A stretch of DNA of 64,000 nucleotides, from the NCBI RefSeq assembly GCF_009914755.1, contig NC_060935.1, one strand, 5' to 3'. The stretch's first letter is position 1, and each line of letters opens with the position of its first letter. A model generated the notes under the pieces. The model saw only the letters and a list, made by a program, of their open reading frames with translations, did no database searches and was not told the DNA's origin. Of this stretch, positions 44,190 through 56,848 are shown in pieces. The DNA is from the human T2T-CHM13v2.0 reference genome, Homo sapiens. Both the position numbers and the translations under genes were made by a program.

Positions 44190-44623
44190 TTCTTGACTTT
44201 GAATAAGTGGCAGCTGTGAAAATGAGCTGTCTAACTGCTGGGAGAGTAATTGACTTAGGGTCCCAGAGGCTGTACTCTGAATCCACCAACACCCAGTTCA
44301 TGTCAAGATCATACTTCCAACAGGCTGCTCCCAGGCAGTGGCTGAGTGTAGGCAGGAGACTGCAGCAGGACTGTTTCTGGGGGGTTATTTTCACTGAAGG
44401 ACTCAGTGATATACTTGATGAAATTTCTTAGAACCGCACTGCAGGGTAAGATGTTTCTACACAACCTCCCTTCCCTCCCTCTCTCTCCCACATGGATCAA
44501 ATATGCATTGATTGCTTCCTGTGGCTCCCTTCTCATTTACACTCACAGGCAGTGCCCTAATAAATCTCTTGCACGTGTAATGATGTCCTGGTATCTGCCT
44601 CTCAGAGGACCCAGAATAACAAC
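44190..44623 (+). mobile_element. LTR16-family (ERVL) solo LTR
   Basis: CAGGCTGCTCCCAGGCAGTGGCTGAG..CCCTAATAAATCTCTTGCACGTGTAAT..CTGCCTCTCAGAGGACCCAGA. Confidence 0.8.
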
Positions 44624-45806
44624 AGATTCTAAAATTGCTTTAAAAATATCTTTCAACCTTGTCTTTGGTAATATTTCTGGAAAAGTTTCATCTTGCTTTT
44701 TCTTCTTGTAATAAATTGTGAGGTAAAATCACCTTAGTGTTTGAAAACCTCAAAAATAAAACTTGGTACAGTAATTCCTTTGATGTACTACACATATCAG
44801 TATGTTCTGCTTTTCTGGGCTAGAGCTGAACTAGTACTTCTTTTTACTGATTGGGGAAACCAATATCAGAAACCAACAAACACCTTAAAAAGTGTATGTA
44901 AGAACTGTAATTCTTTTTTAAAGTTGTGATGGATCCATTTCAATATCACATGGCTTCCCATATATACGGAGAAAACATACATATTGGAAACCTTGGCATG
45001 TACATATTTTTAAAAAATATAAAAATATTCCCTGAGAACTGCGTGAGTTCATTTAGATCACTGAATTAAGGGCTGAGTTTAAAACATTGTTTCAGATGTT
45101 AGAAATATACATCACTCCCTAAAAGCATCTAGGTGCCCAGCGTGTTTGTTCCTGCTTTGCAGATATTTACCGTACTTTAACAGAGTTGAGGGTACTTTGC
45201 TTTAGTTGGGTCCCTCAGGAGAAACCACTTGAACAAAAATCAGAGTGTTTTCGGCTTCTCAGCTTGACTCTGCCACAGCAGCATGTATGGTTTTTCACTA
45301 GCTGTTGATTCTCAATGCCTCCTTTTGGGCTTCTCCATTTCCCCTGCTTCATTTACATAGAAGGAGTAGAAGAGAAAGGACTCTAATAGCAAATGCCTGA
45401 GAAATTCTTGAGAGTTCTGTGTTCCCAGAGGAGCATGGTCCAGCTTTTACTCCAGTTTCCTCACATTTCTCTTTGAAAATTCTACAAAACACAACAAAAA
45501 TTGTTTTAAATACTTCTACAGGACTAATACAAATAATAAAACAATCTATACCTTCAGGCAGAGAAAACCCACAAATTCACCCTATTCCCAATTAAAAAAC
45601 AAAAAAAGTGCCTAAGTGGGAGGTAGGGGTAGGAGATCCTTCACAGCCCCAGCATTAGAGTGGAAGTCACAACTGTGGAGCAGATCAGTAGCGGATCAGA
45701 AGGACTGCCGTACCGAGAAGTGAAAGAAATACAGACACAGCATGAGCAGTGACAGAACTCAGAAACCCAAGCAAATAGAATGCACTGCAAGAGGGGAGAG
45801 CACCAT

Positions 45807-46385
45807 TGTAAGGGACATGGATGTGCTTTGGTCAAGAATTAGGCCTAGGCAGACATCCAGGCCTGTGTGACTCAGCGGGGTTAGGGTGCAGGTGCATACT
45901 CCACTTGTTATATAACCTGTTTGTGTAAGCTCAAACTTGGCTCTGAGCCACTATTGTCTGCAGAAGGTGTAACTGCCCTGCTGACACTACGGGCTGTTAG
46001 GTATGGCTTGACATGGTGCTGGCACCCAGAGAAAGAGAGAGAGAGAGAACCAGAGCTGTCTGTCTTGCAGAAGGATATATAGGGGAGCCACAGCATGGCT
46101 CGTGCTGGTGCCCAGAAAGGGAAATAATTAAGCTGCTGACCCTGAAGGCAAGGGAGAGCCAAATGTGCAGCTGCAGGTGTGGGGTGGCAGGAGCCACAGA
46201 GCTGGAGCAGACAGCCCAGATAAAGGTGGACAGTGTTAGAGGGCCAGTGTGAGTAAGCCGCTGATGAGAAACGGCCCCCCTGGAGTGTTCTTTCAGCTAT
46301 CCATCCACTCCCCTTGGACCTCAGCTAGGGCTAGACCCTAACCCTGGGTGTGGCATTTGGCATAATCGTGGACCTGGACCTAACA
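45807..46385 (+). mobile_element. LTR18B-like (HERVL18/HERV-S) solo LTR
   Basis: TGTAAGGGACATGGATGTGCTTTGGTCAAG..CCACTTGTTATATAACCTGTTTGTGTAAGCTC..ACCTAACA; TSD ACCAT/ACCAC. Confidence 0.8.
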
Positions 46386-46974
46386 ACCACGAGTGGAAAA
46401 CTGCTATGGCGAAGTTTGAGAATGAAATGATCAGGACAGGAGAACTGGGAAAGCAAAAGGAAATGACAGGGAAATTTGGACTAAAGCACTAACTTTAATT
46501 AAATAAACTGCCGGAGACATAACAGAAGAGGGAGCCCTTGAGCTGAGAAACCCAGACAGCTTCTGTAAACTCTTCCTCTCCTGTGCTGGTAGCTGTCACT
46601 TCTCACCTGCCAGGTGAGATAGCTGGTCCAGGAGAAATTTACTAATAAGGAATGGAAGTAGAGGCAGAGTGGAGAGGGCAGGGATGAAAACAAAGAAATG
46701 AAACATCTTCGTATGCCTGTCTATATCATTTTGACCCAAAGATCCCATAAGTGTATTATGCATAAAACCAACAATTCTTGAAATTAAATACAAAGGGAAA
46801 CAAAGTAAACCCAATCATACATCAATTTGTAAAGTAACTACACAAGGAATGGGACTTCACAGAATAGACTTCTTACTGTACATCCTTACTTAACAGCATT
46901 AAAAGCACAAAAACAAAACAACTAAAAAGAAGTATCAATTTTATGTAGTAATTAATAGTAGTATGATTCATAAT

Positions 46975-47290
46975 TATTTTATTTTATTTTATTTATTTAT
47001 TTTTTTGTGATAGGGTCTCACTCTGTTGTTGCCCAGGCTGGAGTGCAGTGGCGAGAACACGACTCACTGTAGCCTCGACCTTCCTAGCTCAGGTGATTAT
47101 CCAACCTCAGCCTCCTGAGTAGCTGGTAATACAGGTGCACACCACCATGCACAAATGATTTTTGTATTTTTTGTAGAGACAGGGTTTTTTCACGTTAATC
47201 AGGCTAGTCTCAAGCTCCTGGGCTCAAGTGATCCATCCACTTCAGCCTCCCAAATTTCTGGGATTATAGGTATGAGCTACCATGCTGGCC
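46975..47290 (-). mobile_element. AluJ
   Basis: Antisense dimer with J-type CCTGGGCTCAAGTGATCC. Confidence 0.92.
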
Positions 47291-47535
47291 ATAAATGTTA
47301 TGTTGAGACTATGTCCTTCATATATTGAGGGTTAACACAAGATCTTAAGGTCTGTGGAAGAAAAACAAAAGGGCACTTTATTTTCTAAAAAATAACAGTC
47401 TACAGATCAGGGAGATGTGTAGCCTCCAATGTAAAGGGAAAGCATGTTCTGGAGAAAAAGAGCAGGTCTGACTTAAATAAAGGAAGTTCATGACCCAACC
47501 CTCAAACAGGTCAGTTTATGCAAATGAAGAAATCA

Positions 47536-47831
47536 GGCCAAGTGCAGTGGCTGATGTCAGGTATCTCAGCACTTTAGGAGGCTGAGGCAGGAGAATTGCT
47601 TAAGGTCAGGAGTTTGAGAGCAGCCTGAGCAACATAGCAAGATCCCTCTCTGCAAAAAATAACAAAAATTAGCAGGGCATGTTAGTGTGCACCTGTGGTC
47701 CCAGCTACCCTGGAGGCTGAAGTGGGAGAATCATTGAGCTCAAGAGTTAGAGGTTATAGTGAGCTATGATCATGCCACTGCATTCCAGTCTGGAGGACAG
47801 TGTATATGCCCAGTCTGTTTAAAGAAAAAAA
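47536..47831 (+). mobile_element. AluJ
   Basis: Diverged dimer; flanks share AAATCA. Confidence 0.9.
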
Positions 47832-48234
47832 TCAAATTTGGTCCTAATTGGGTAGTTTCCAAGCCCAAACTAGAAGTCTCTGTTGGATGACCCTTTTAGG
47901 CTACTGCTAGGAGAAGTTTTCCAACTACAGTGTCTCTATTTTAGCTCAGAAGTACAAACAGTATGTTAGGTAAGAATCGTATATTTTAATGCAGTTCATC
48001 TAAAAGCTATACATGTTCACCTTGTGCCCTTCTGCCAGATCTAGTCATTTCGAGCTATTCAACTGTGAACAGGATTGGGAAAAGTAATAGTCTGTGCTTC
48101 CAGGAAAAAGAGAAGAAAAGTATTGATGATCACTAATGTCTACTACACTGATATCAAAGTTTCCTATTAATAAAAATGTAGGTATAAGCATTTAATTGGG
48201 CACTCTTTGATGTATTTGGTAGGTTACATGATAA

Positions 48235-48320
48235 AATATGGGGGTGTGGTCCAGGCATAGATATATATTCTAAAGCTATCCAGGTGAGTATAATGTATAG
48301 CTATGTTTAAGAACCACAGA
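48235..48320. mobile_element. MER5 fragment
   Basis: GGGGTGTGGTCCAGGCAT..CCAGGTGAGTATAATGTATAGC..TTTAAGAACCAC. Confidence 0.65.
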
Positions 48321-48566
48321 GAGTAAAGCCTGTTACAGTTTCTAACAAAGATATTCAATATGCCCAAATTAAATCTGCAGACAAGTAATTTCATATGCTA
48401 TTATTTAAAGTAATAAATTTAGAAAACTAATAATAAAACAAAAAAAGCAGAAATGTTAAATAATAATAATAATAAAATAATTTTATGTGTAGCAAGTATT
48501 TATGAATGAAAGAGCCAAATAAGCTTAGAAAGAGAGGAGAAACAAAAAAAAAACTATTTTAGACTA

Positions 48567-49095
48567 ACAACACTCATTTTTTTTGTTTTCAAGGATCTTT
48601 TAAAATTCTTACAAAGGATTAAGAGTTTTGGTAAGCCTTCATTTATTTATATGGGTTATTTCTATCTATATTTACTACATTAGAAATAAAAACTGTTAAA
48701 TATTAAAATGTGTATTTGCTAATTCATTTGAAAAGAATAGTAAACCAAGTACCTATTAACATAAGCAACATATTTTTATGAAAATTACTAAAATTTCCAA
48801 AACCAAAGAAAACATTAATGAGAAGTGTGACAATGTTTTACAGTTTTGCAAATACTTTCAGTGTCTGATTTTATAGGCTGGATTCTCATACCTTTTCCTG
48901 CATTCATCTTTTCAATATTACATACCCTTTCCATAGCTTCTGAAAAATGCCACCATACACTTGAAAGACTATGAGAGCAGAAAAGGACAAATAATATATT
49001 AGCATTACTTTGAAAATGCTTTTGGCATTATGAGTCTGCAGAAAATATTGCAGAAACCCCTAGGAGTCTCCAGACGATCCACTGAGAAATATCTG
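48567..49095. mobile_element. Charlie4a-like hAT transposon
   Basis: TATGGGTTATTTCTATCTATATTTACTACATTAGAAATAAAAACTG..GGCTGGATTCTCATA..CCCCTAGGAGTCTCCAGAC. Confidence 0.65.
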
Positions 49096-49538
49096 TGAGT
49101 TGTTGTACACATATTTCAGCTTCTGAGTTCAAATGATTATATCCTGCACCTAGCTGTGATAATGCTAGGAAATGGTAATATCAATATTATGTTCTTTATA
49201 TTCTCTGACAAATCTCTGGAGAACACATAGTCTCTCTTACAGGTTATGTACAGTTAGCAGTAAGTAATATTGTTAGACCACTCCAAAGGCCATTTTCACT
49301 GGCAATATTTACTAGACAAAATGGCCACTCCAGCCTGTGTATCATGGCTAATTAAGATGACTGAGAGCACTGGCTGTTCTGTCTTGATTAGACCCTGAGG
49401 AAGATATAGTCTTTGAGGGATTTTATTATCCCACAATGTAAGAAAGCTCTCCAGAGATTTTACCTCTGTCTCCCAGGAAAGAAACAAACAAGCATTATGA
49501 GGCTGGGCAGGACATCCAAGAGTCTGGGCTTAGAAGCT

Positions 49539-50616
49539 TATCAGGGGAACCAGCCCCCAATATTTCAAGGTAGGTTCTTTCTATTTTCCCTAAGTGTCAG
49601 CCGGTCTGAGAAGTAAAGAGAAAGAGTACAAAGAGAGGAATTTTACAGCTGGGCCTCTGGGGGCGACATCACATATTGGTAGGTCTGTGATGTCCCCTGA
49701 GCCACAAAATCAGCAAGTTTTTATTAGGGATTTCAAAAGGGGAGGGGGTGTATGAACAGGGAGTAGGTCACAAAGATCACATGCTTCAAAGGGCAAAGCA
49801 AGATCACAAGGCAAGGACAAAATTACCATTACTGATGAGGGTCTATGTTCCTCTGTGCACATATTGTCTTAATAAACATCTTAACAGAAAATAGAGTTCG
49901 AGAGCAGAGAACTGGTCTCACCTCAAATTTTCCAGGGCGGGATCTTTTCCCCACCCTAATAAGCCTGAGGGTACTGCAGGAGACCAGGGTGTATTTCAGT
50001 TGTTATCTCAACTGCATAAGATAGACACTCCCAGAGCGGCCGTTTATAGACCTCCCTCCAGGAATGCAATTCTTTTCCTAGGGTCTTAATATTTAATATT
50101 CCTTGCTAGGAGAAGAATTTAGCAATATCTCTCCTACTTGCACATCTGTTTATAGACTCTCTGCAAGAAGAAAAATATAGCACTATTCTGCCCGACCCTG
50201 CAGGCAGTCAGACCTTATGGTTGTCTTCCCTTGTTCCCTAAGATTGCTGTTATTCTGTTCGTTTTCAAGGTGCACTGATTTCATATTGTTCAAATACACG
50301 TGTTTTACAATCAATTTGTACAACAGTGGTCCTGAGGTGATGCACATTCTCAGCTTACAAAGATAACAGGATTAAGAGATTAAAGTAAGACAGGCTTAAG
50401 AAATTATAAGGGTATTATTAGGGAAGTGATAAATGTCCATATTAAAATGAAATCTTCACAATTTATGTTCAAAGATTGCAGTAAAGACATGCGTAAGAAA
50501 TTATAAAAGTATTAATTTTGAGAACTGATAAATGCCCATGAAATCTTCACAATTTATGTTCCTCTGCTGCAGCTCCAGCCGGTCCCTCTGTTCGGGATCT
50601 CTGATTTCCCAGGACA
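49539..50616 (-). mobile_element. MER11A/B (HERV-K11/HML-8) solo LTR, full length
   Basis: TATCAGGGGAACCAGCCCCCAATATTTC..CAGCCGGTCCCTCTGTTCGGGATCTCTGATTTCCCAGGACA; 6-bp TSD GAAGCT/GATGCT. Confidence 0.92.
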
Positions 50617-50799
50617 GATGCTCAAGAGCGAGGGAAGAATTGCTCAGTGGCTGGAAGTGGGGACACTCAAAGATGGGCCTGGGCAGTCCAGATACAAGTT
50701 CACAAAACTGAGGAGTCAGGATTAGTGCAATACAGTGTCAGAGCTGCAGAGACCCAGAACAAAATCCTCATCAGCAGGGAATAGATGAATAATCTTAGA

Positions 50800-51120
50800 G
50801 CCATGCAATGGAATGTTAAAAACCAGCAAAATCAATGGCCTATAGTATAGGAAACACTGTGGATAAATCTCAGTAACATAATATTGAGTGAAAAAAGCAA
50901 ATCTTAGATTACTTCATGCAGTGCAATACCCAATAATAAAACACTAAGCCAGAAAAATTGTTTCGGATTAAATATATAAGTAACAAAACTGATGAATAAC
51001 AAAGCAAGGGAGTGATAAACACATGCAGTTACTTTGTAGGTAAGGCAGAGGGATGAGAAGAGGAAGAAAAGGTCGATTTAAATAATTGGGAATGATGTAG
51101 TATCAAGTTGTGTTTATTTA
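50800..51120 (+). mobile_element. L1ME-type 3' fragment
   Basis: TGGATAAATCTCAGTAACATAATATTGAGTGAAAAAAGCAA. Confidence 0.6.
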
Positions 51121-51619
51121 TTAAACAAAATAAGACACAGTCATGCAAGAACCAAAAAATCAAGGATAACAATCCAATTCTATGCACCTGAAGTTCAAAA
51201 GATTAAGTTCTCTCTCATATATGAAGTGCTTATTGAATAATTTGTTTCCAAATATTAAAAAATAAATATTATTGTTCTAAGTATTAATTCTTGTGATATT
51301 CTTACAGCCCAATAAAATGTTAATATGCAAACAAATTTTTAAATTGAAAGGTAAGACTAAGGGAATTTTCAAAACCTTAGATCTCTATTGAAACAAAACA
51401 TGAGAAAGAAATGTCATTTCTACTTGCCTTTTATTTCCTGTTTCAGTGAAAAATGACTTCATAGAAATAAACAATATATATTTTAAAGTATGTTTTTCAT
51501 TTCTGTTTGAATTAAATTAGTATTACTTTTCCTCTAAAGAGTAACTATAGGTTAGTTTGTTATTTTTCTTTTTTCCCTCATGTTGGCTACATTTCCAACC
51601 TCTAAGTTAATACATGTGT

Positions 51620-51757
51620 ATTTTATATATATAATATATATGTATATATTATATATGTATATACATGCATATAATATATATACATATATAATATAATATA
51701 TACATATATATGGAGAGAGAGATGTATGTGTGTGTGTGTGTGTGTATATATATATAG
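51620..51757. repeat. (TA)n/(GA)n/(TG)n compound microsatellite
   Basis: Read directly. Confidence 0.92.
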
Positions 51758-51958
51758 TTAGTAGAAATTTTGTACTTCTCATAATATAATATTCAGTTAA
51801 AAATAACTATTTTCTGGTTAGGCAACTGATCAAATGATTGACCACTTAGAATAATAAACAACAGAATTTTTCAATTCAGGAAAGAAGTTGTTGTCCAGGT
51901 GAAAGAGTTGTTACAAAGAACAGACGTGAGTTAAGATGGAAATTAAATATTTACATCA

Positions 51959-52112
51959 GGACTGGGTGTGGTGGCTCACACTTGTAATCCCAGTGCTTTG
52001 GGAGGCCTAAGTGGGAGAATCACTTGAGCCCTGAGTTTGACGCTGCAGTGAGCCATGTTTGTGCCAATGCACTCTAGCCTTGGTGTCAGAGCAAGACTCT
52101 GTCTTTAAAAAA
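51959..52112 (+). mobile_element. Alu monomer (FRAM-like)
   Basis: Single ~150-bp monomer ending GCAAGACTCTGTCTTTAAAAAA. Confidence 0.85.
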
Positions 52113-52642
52113 CATAAACATCAAATAAATATCTATATCTACTTTTGGTCTCTCTCAATAAACTAAGATGGCAGCTAAGTAATTTTTAAGACATAAACCT
52201 ATAAAGAACAGGAAGAAAGAGAGGAGAAAATAGAAGCAAAATTTTGGAAGCTGAAAAGAAGAATGGTAATGAGATAACAAACTTGAGAAAAATAAAGCCC
52301 AGTCAGCAGATGGGAAAACTGAATATCATACACATTGGTTCCATAGCATGTCCAAGAACGTTAGAAGCATGTGACCTCAAGTTCATTTAGAGGTAGGGAT
52401 AATAGGAAAGGAGTACTAGTTGAAAGCCTATTTTAGCCTCAAACTCCTCTTTCATGTGGGCAGGGAGGAAATTAACTGCTCTTTCTCCACCCTAGCAGAA
52501 ATTCTGTAGGTTCACTATCTGGGCAGGGTTAAATATGAGAATTTTGAACCTGAAGACATCAGACACAGTTAAGAATAGGCACATTCCTGTACTCAAAGCT
52601 TTTCATCTCATTTTGTTTCTAACCACTGAAAAGGCTATATAA

Positions 52643-52979
<337 letters not shown>

Positions 52980-53161
52980 TATGATTTTTAAAAAGATAAA
53001 AATCAAGACAAACACACAAAACACTTGAAAGAAAGAGAGACTACCTGGTTCTAAGAAACTTTCAGAAAATTATAATAAATATTCTCAGTGAGCCAGGATA
53101 AATTTATGAGAAATGAACATTCTGAATTTCTAAGTGAAAAGGATCTACTATGAAAATAAAG

Positions 53162-53486
53162 TTGGCTGGGCATGGTGGCTCACACCTGTAATCCTAGCAC
53201 TTTGGGAGGCCGAGGCTGGTGGATTACCTGAGGTCAGGAGTTCAAGGCCAGCCTGGCCAACAGGGTAAAACCCTGTCTCTACTAAAAATATAAAAATTAG
53301 CCGGGCATGGTGGTGTGTGCCTGTAATTCCAGCTACCCGGGAGGGTGAGGCAGGAGAATCACTGGAACCCTGGAGGTGGAGGCTGCAGTGAGCCGAGATT
53401 GTGTCACTGGCACTCCAGCCTGGGTGACAGAGAAAGACTTCATCTCTAAAAAAAAAAAGATAGAAAGAAAAAAAAAAAGAAAATAA
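53162..53486 (+). mobile_element. AluSx-like
   Basis: Full dimer; TSD GAAAATAAA. Confidence 0.95.
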
Positions 53487-53817
53487 ACTTAAATTTTCAC
53501 AATCTGAAAACCAGAGGAAAATCCTAGATGCTTAAAGAGATGAAAAAATGATTTGTTGGGGATAGGCAACACACTAAAGATGAGAAGTCAGATTGGCTTC
53601 AAACTTCTCATCTCAAGCAATGGAAAGCAAAAAAAAATGTGCTGTGTGTTCAAAATTCCGAAATTCCCATTTAATGTAATTTCCAAAATAGAATCTGATA
53701 TATGAAGAAACCATCAATGATGTATTGGATTGAAATAGGATCAACAGGCTGTATTTTACAAATTGTATCTGCCCTGCTCCCTCTTTCTGGAAAATATTTC
53801 ACTAAAGTGAAGTAGAA

Positions 53818-53856
<39 letters not shown>

Positions 53857-54229
53857 AGGGAAGACATGGGATTTAGGAAACAAGGGCTCCAGTGCCAAAG
53901 AATGGTAAAGAAAATACCTGGCACAAGAAAGAAGAAATTCTTCTTCATGGAGAACCACCTGGCCTTCAGATGTCTCTGCCAGAAACATGTCTTAAATCTA
54001 GGTGGTGATCCATGTCCTGAAGTCTTAGGAATGATGAAATAGATACAATGCCTGTGTCTTTAGAGGTGATTTAAACAGTGGCAAAGCATTTGCAGCTGAA
54101 GTATAGTTCAGAGGAAAATGAACCAGGGAACAAATAAACAAAAAATCCAAGGCGAAGGAAACACTCATGAGAAAAGTAATCATAGTTTACTACATGACTA
54201 TTTGTGAGCACTGTTTACATATAACTAAG

Positions 54230-54860
54230 GACTGAATACCACCCCTCCAGCCCCTCCAAATGCATATGTTGAAGCTCTAACCTCCAGTATGACTGTATTT
54301 GGAGATGGAGCCTTTAGGAGAGAATTAAGTTTAAATAAGACCATAAGGGTGGTGCTCTGATTTAGTTTGGATATTTGTCACCCCAAACTCTCATGTTGAA
54401 ATGTGATCCCCAATGTTGGAGGTGGGGCCTAGTGAAAGGTTTTTGGGTCATGGGGGTGGATCCCTCAGGAATGGCTTTGTGCTCTCTCTGTGGTAATGAG
54501 TTAGCTCTCACTCTATTAATTCATACAAAAGTTGGATGCTTAAAAGAGGTGGCACCCGTCCCTTCATTCTCTCTTGCTCCCCCTCTCACCATAAGACACG
54601 TCTGCTCCCTGTATTCCTTCTGCCATGATTGAAAGCTTCCTGAGGTCCTCAGCAGAAGCAGATGCTGACACTGTGCTTCTTGTGCAGCCTGCAGAACAGT
54701 GAGCCAAATAAACCTCTTTTCTTTATGAATTACCCAGCCTCTGATATTCCTTTATAGCAACACAAAACAGATTAACACAGACTCTAATCTAATAAGGATA
54801 GTGCCCTTATAAAGAGAGGACAAGACACCAGACTCACTCGCTCTCTGTCGCTCTTTCTTA
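54230..54860 (+). mobile_element. MLT1A/B LTR remnant split by a nested MSTB LTR
   Basis: CATATGTTGAAGCTCTAACCTCCAGTATGACTGTATTTGGAGAT.. resumes after 54780 at CTAATCTAATAAGGATAGTGCCCTTATAAAGAGAGG. Confidence 0.75.
54358..54779 (+). mobile_element. MSTB-like MaLR solo LTR
   Basis: TGATTTAGTTTGGATATTTGTC..GAGCCAAATAAACCTCTTTTCTTTATGAATTACCCAGCCTC..TAACACA. Confidence 0.9.
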
Positions 54861-55704
54861 AGGCAGTCTGAGCCAACACACATATTCAAAAATAATCTAA
54901 AAGTTGCACATTTATTTAACTGAGATTAGGATATAAAAGATGGGAAAGAAAGTGCTTTTTGTAGCAATGGAAACAGGAAAAATAGCAAAATAGTTACTTA
55001 ATTATAGTAATAAATCAATAGCCATTACTTATTGGTGTAAAATCAAGAAGTAACAATACAATGTAATTATTTAGAGACATGAAATTAAATTGTAAACCAA
55101 AATTCAGAGAAGAAAGCTGAAAATGTTGCATCGGGAGAGATGGAAATAAGTGAGAAAATGGGAATGGAGAGAGGTACAGGACTTTAAGTTTTAAAATAAA
55201 ACGTGTTATTTATTTAAATACTTCTTAAAATTATGTACGTTATATTTTAAAGATAATAAAAATAATGAAATTTGTGTGTACTCATGAGAGAGAGAGAGAA
55301 ATCAGTTTGTCCTCTCAAAAGAAAACTGTGTCTGAATTTCAGTTGCTTATTTTGTAGGTGTGTCTAAAATGGATCTTAGAAAGTAAATAGAAACACATTT
55401 TTCCTGTAATTTAATTTATGAAAATATGAAATTCATAAAGCTGGGTCTAGAATCGCTGTGACCTGCCTTCTTAAAGTCTAAAATCTAGTGGGAAAAGTGA
55501 ATCTGCTTCTCAATGGACTCCACTTGGCCTCTCATCCCTGTGGCAAGAGGATGGAAAGTACTAATTCCCTCAAATGAGCCTTCATTTTAGAGCTGTGTAT
55601 GGCATCATTCTCACTAGAAACTAATCACTAAGAGTGGGGAAGAAATATAGAAATGTGTTCCTGAAAGAAAACCATGTGAATAGATATTCACCCAGTGAGT
55701 GGCC

Positions 55705-55708
<4 letters not shown>

Positions 55709-55742
<34 letters not shown>
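55709..55742. repeat. (CA)17 microsatellite
   Basis: Read directly. Confidence 0.97.
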
Positions 55743-55744
<2 letters not shown>

Positions 55745-56414
55745 GTCAATTAGAAAGGCTAAACCCTGTAGGTTCACAATCAAATGTCAGTTGGCTCTTT
55801 CTCACAACATCTTTCACTGTAATAATGTTATCACTCGACATGAAGGCCTAGCACTACCAAAGTGTCTTCAGCTTATTTCTGCTTTTGACTCTCCATATTT
55901 AAACATTTGCTAAGTTCAATAAAGTCTACTGCTTCAGTGACCAATTTATTTCAGCATGATTATAGTTCTGTATCTCATTGCTGCTTGCTTAGATTATTGA
56001 AGTGCCTCATCACTGGTTTGAGTTTTCTGGGTTTTTTTTTCTTTCACCCCACTCTCACAATCACACAGTTCTAATCATTTTCTATTTTTTCTTAAGTATT
56101 TCAAATATTTTTCCAAAACTATAATAGCTTAAAACTAAAAACAAGCTTATTATTTATATTTAATAAACTTTAGTTCTTTAACAGGATGTAATATTATACA
56201 ACTCTTAGAATTATAATTCTCAAGAATGTAGGGGTTATATGCATATTATGGTGTAATATTAAAGAAATAAAAAAGCAGATTGTGACAACACTAGTTATGC
56301 ATGGTGCACCATGAGCACCTGAATGAAGAAAGAAATTAATTCACAAACACCTTGGTGTGGTATTAGAATTAAGTGTTTTCTTTATATTTTTCTTTAACAT
56401 CCGTGATAAGACAT

Positions 56415-56848
56415 CTGTGGTAAAGACTTCCAGTGCTCAAACATTTTGATGGTCTGTCTGAGCCTATGGACATTTGAGAGGTTTGTGCTTCTCAGTCCTT
56501 TTGCAGCCAGGTGAGATCATTTGACTGGTTTTGTCCAATGGCCTGTGATAGAAGCGACATAGGACATTTTCATGCTGAAGCATTTGTTTCCTGGGGTGAA
56601 CATTTCCAGCTCTCTTTCTTCCCTTTGCACAGTGATCAGAGAGTAATTTTCATGTGGAGACAGGGGAGCCACAGGATGTAAGCATCTTGGGTCACATAGT
56701 TATTTTACAGAGGACGATTGCCCTGCTGAGTCATCCAGGCCACTGTGCACTAGACATGCGTGATAAATAAACCTTTGTTGTGTTAACATAATGATTTATG
56801 TGTTTATTTGTTAAAGCAAGATAAGTTAGCTTATCCTGATTAGCACAT
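56415..56848 (+). mobile_element. old MLT1 (H/I/J-like) LTR
   Basis: TTTGCAGCCAGGTGAGATCATTTGACTGGTTTTGTCCAATGG..AAATAAACCTTTGTTGTGTTAA..TTATCCTGATTAGCACA. Confidence 0.7.

Noticed and set aside
48594-48630. AG..GTAAGC-bounded 37-nt micro-exon
   Set aside because: Lies in a Charlie4a remnant, is frameshifting, and such pairs are expected by chance in T-rich DNA.
56300-56313. Perfect 14-bp palindrome CATGGTGCACCATG
   Set aside because: A few palindromes of this size are expected by chance in 64 kb; no associated junction.
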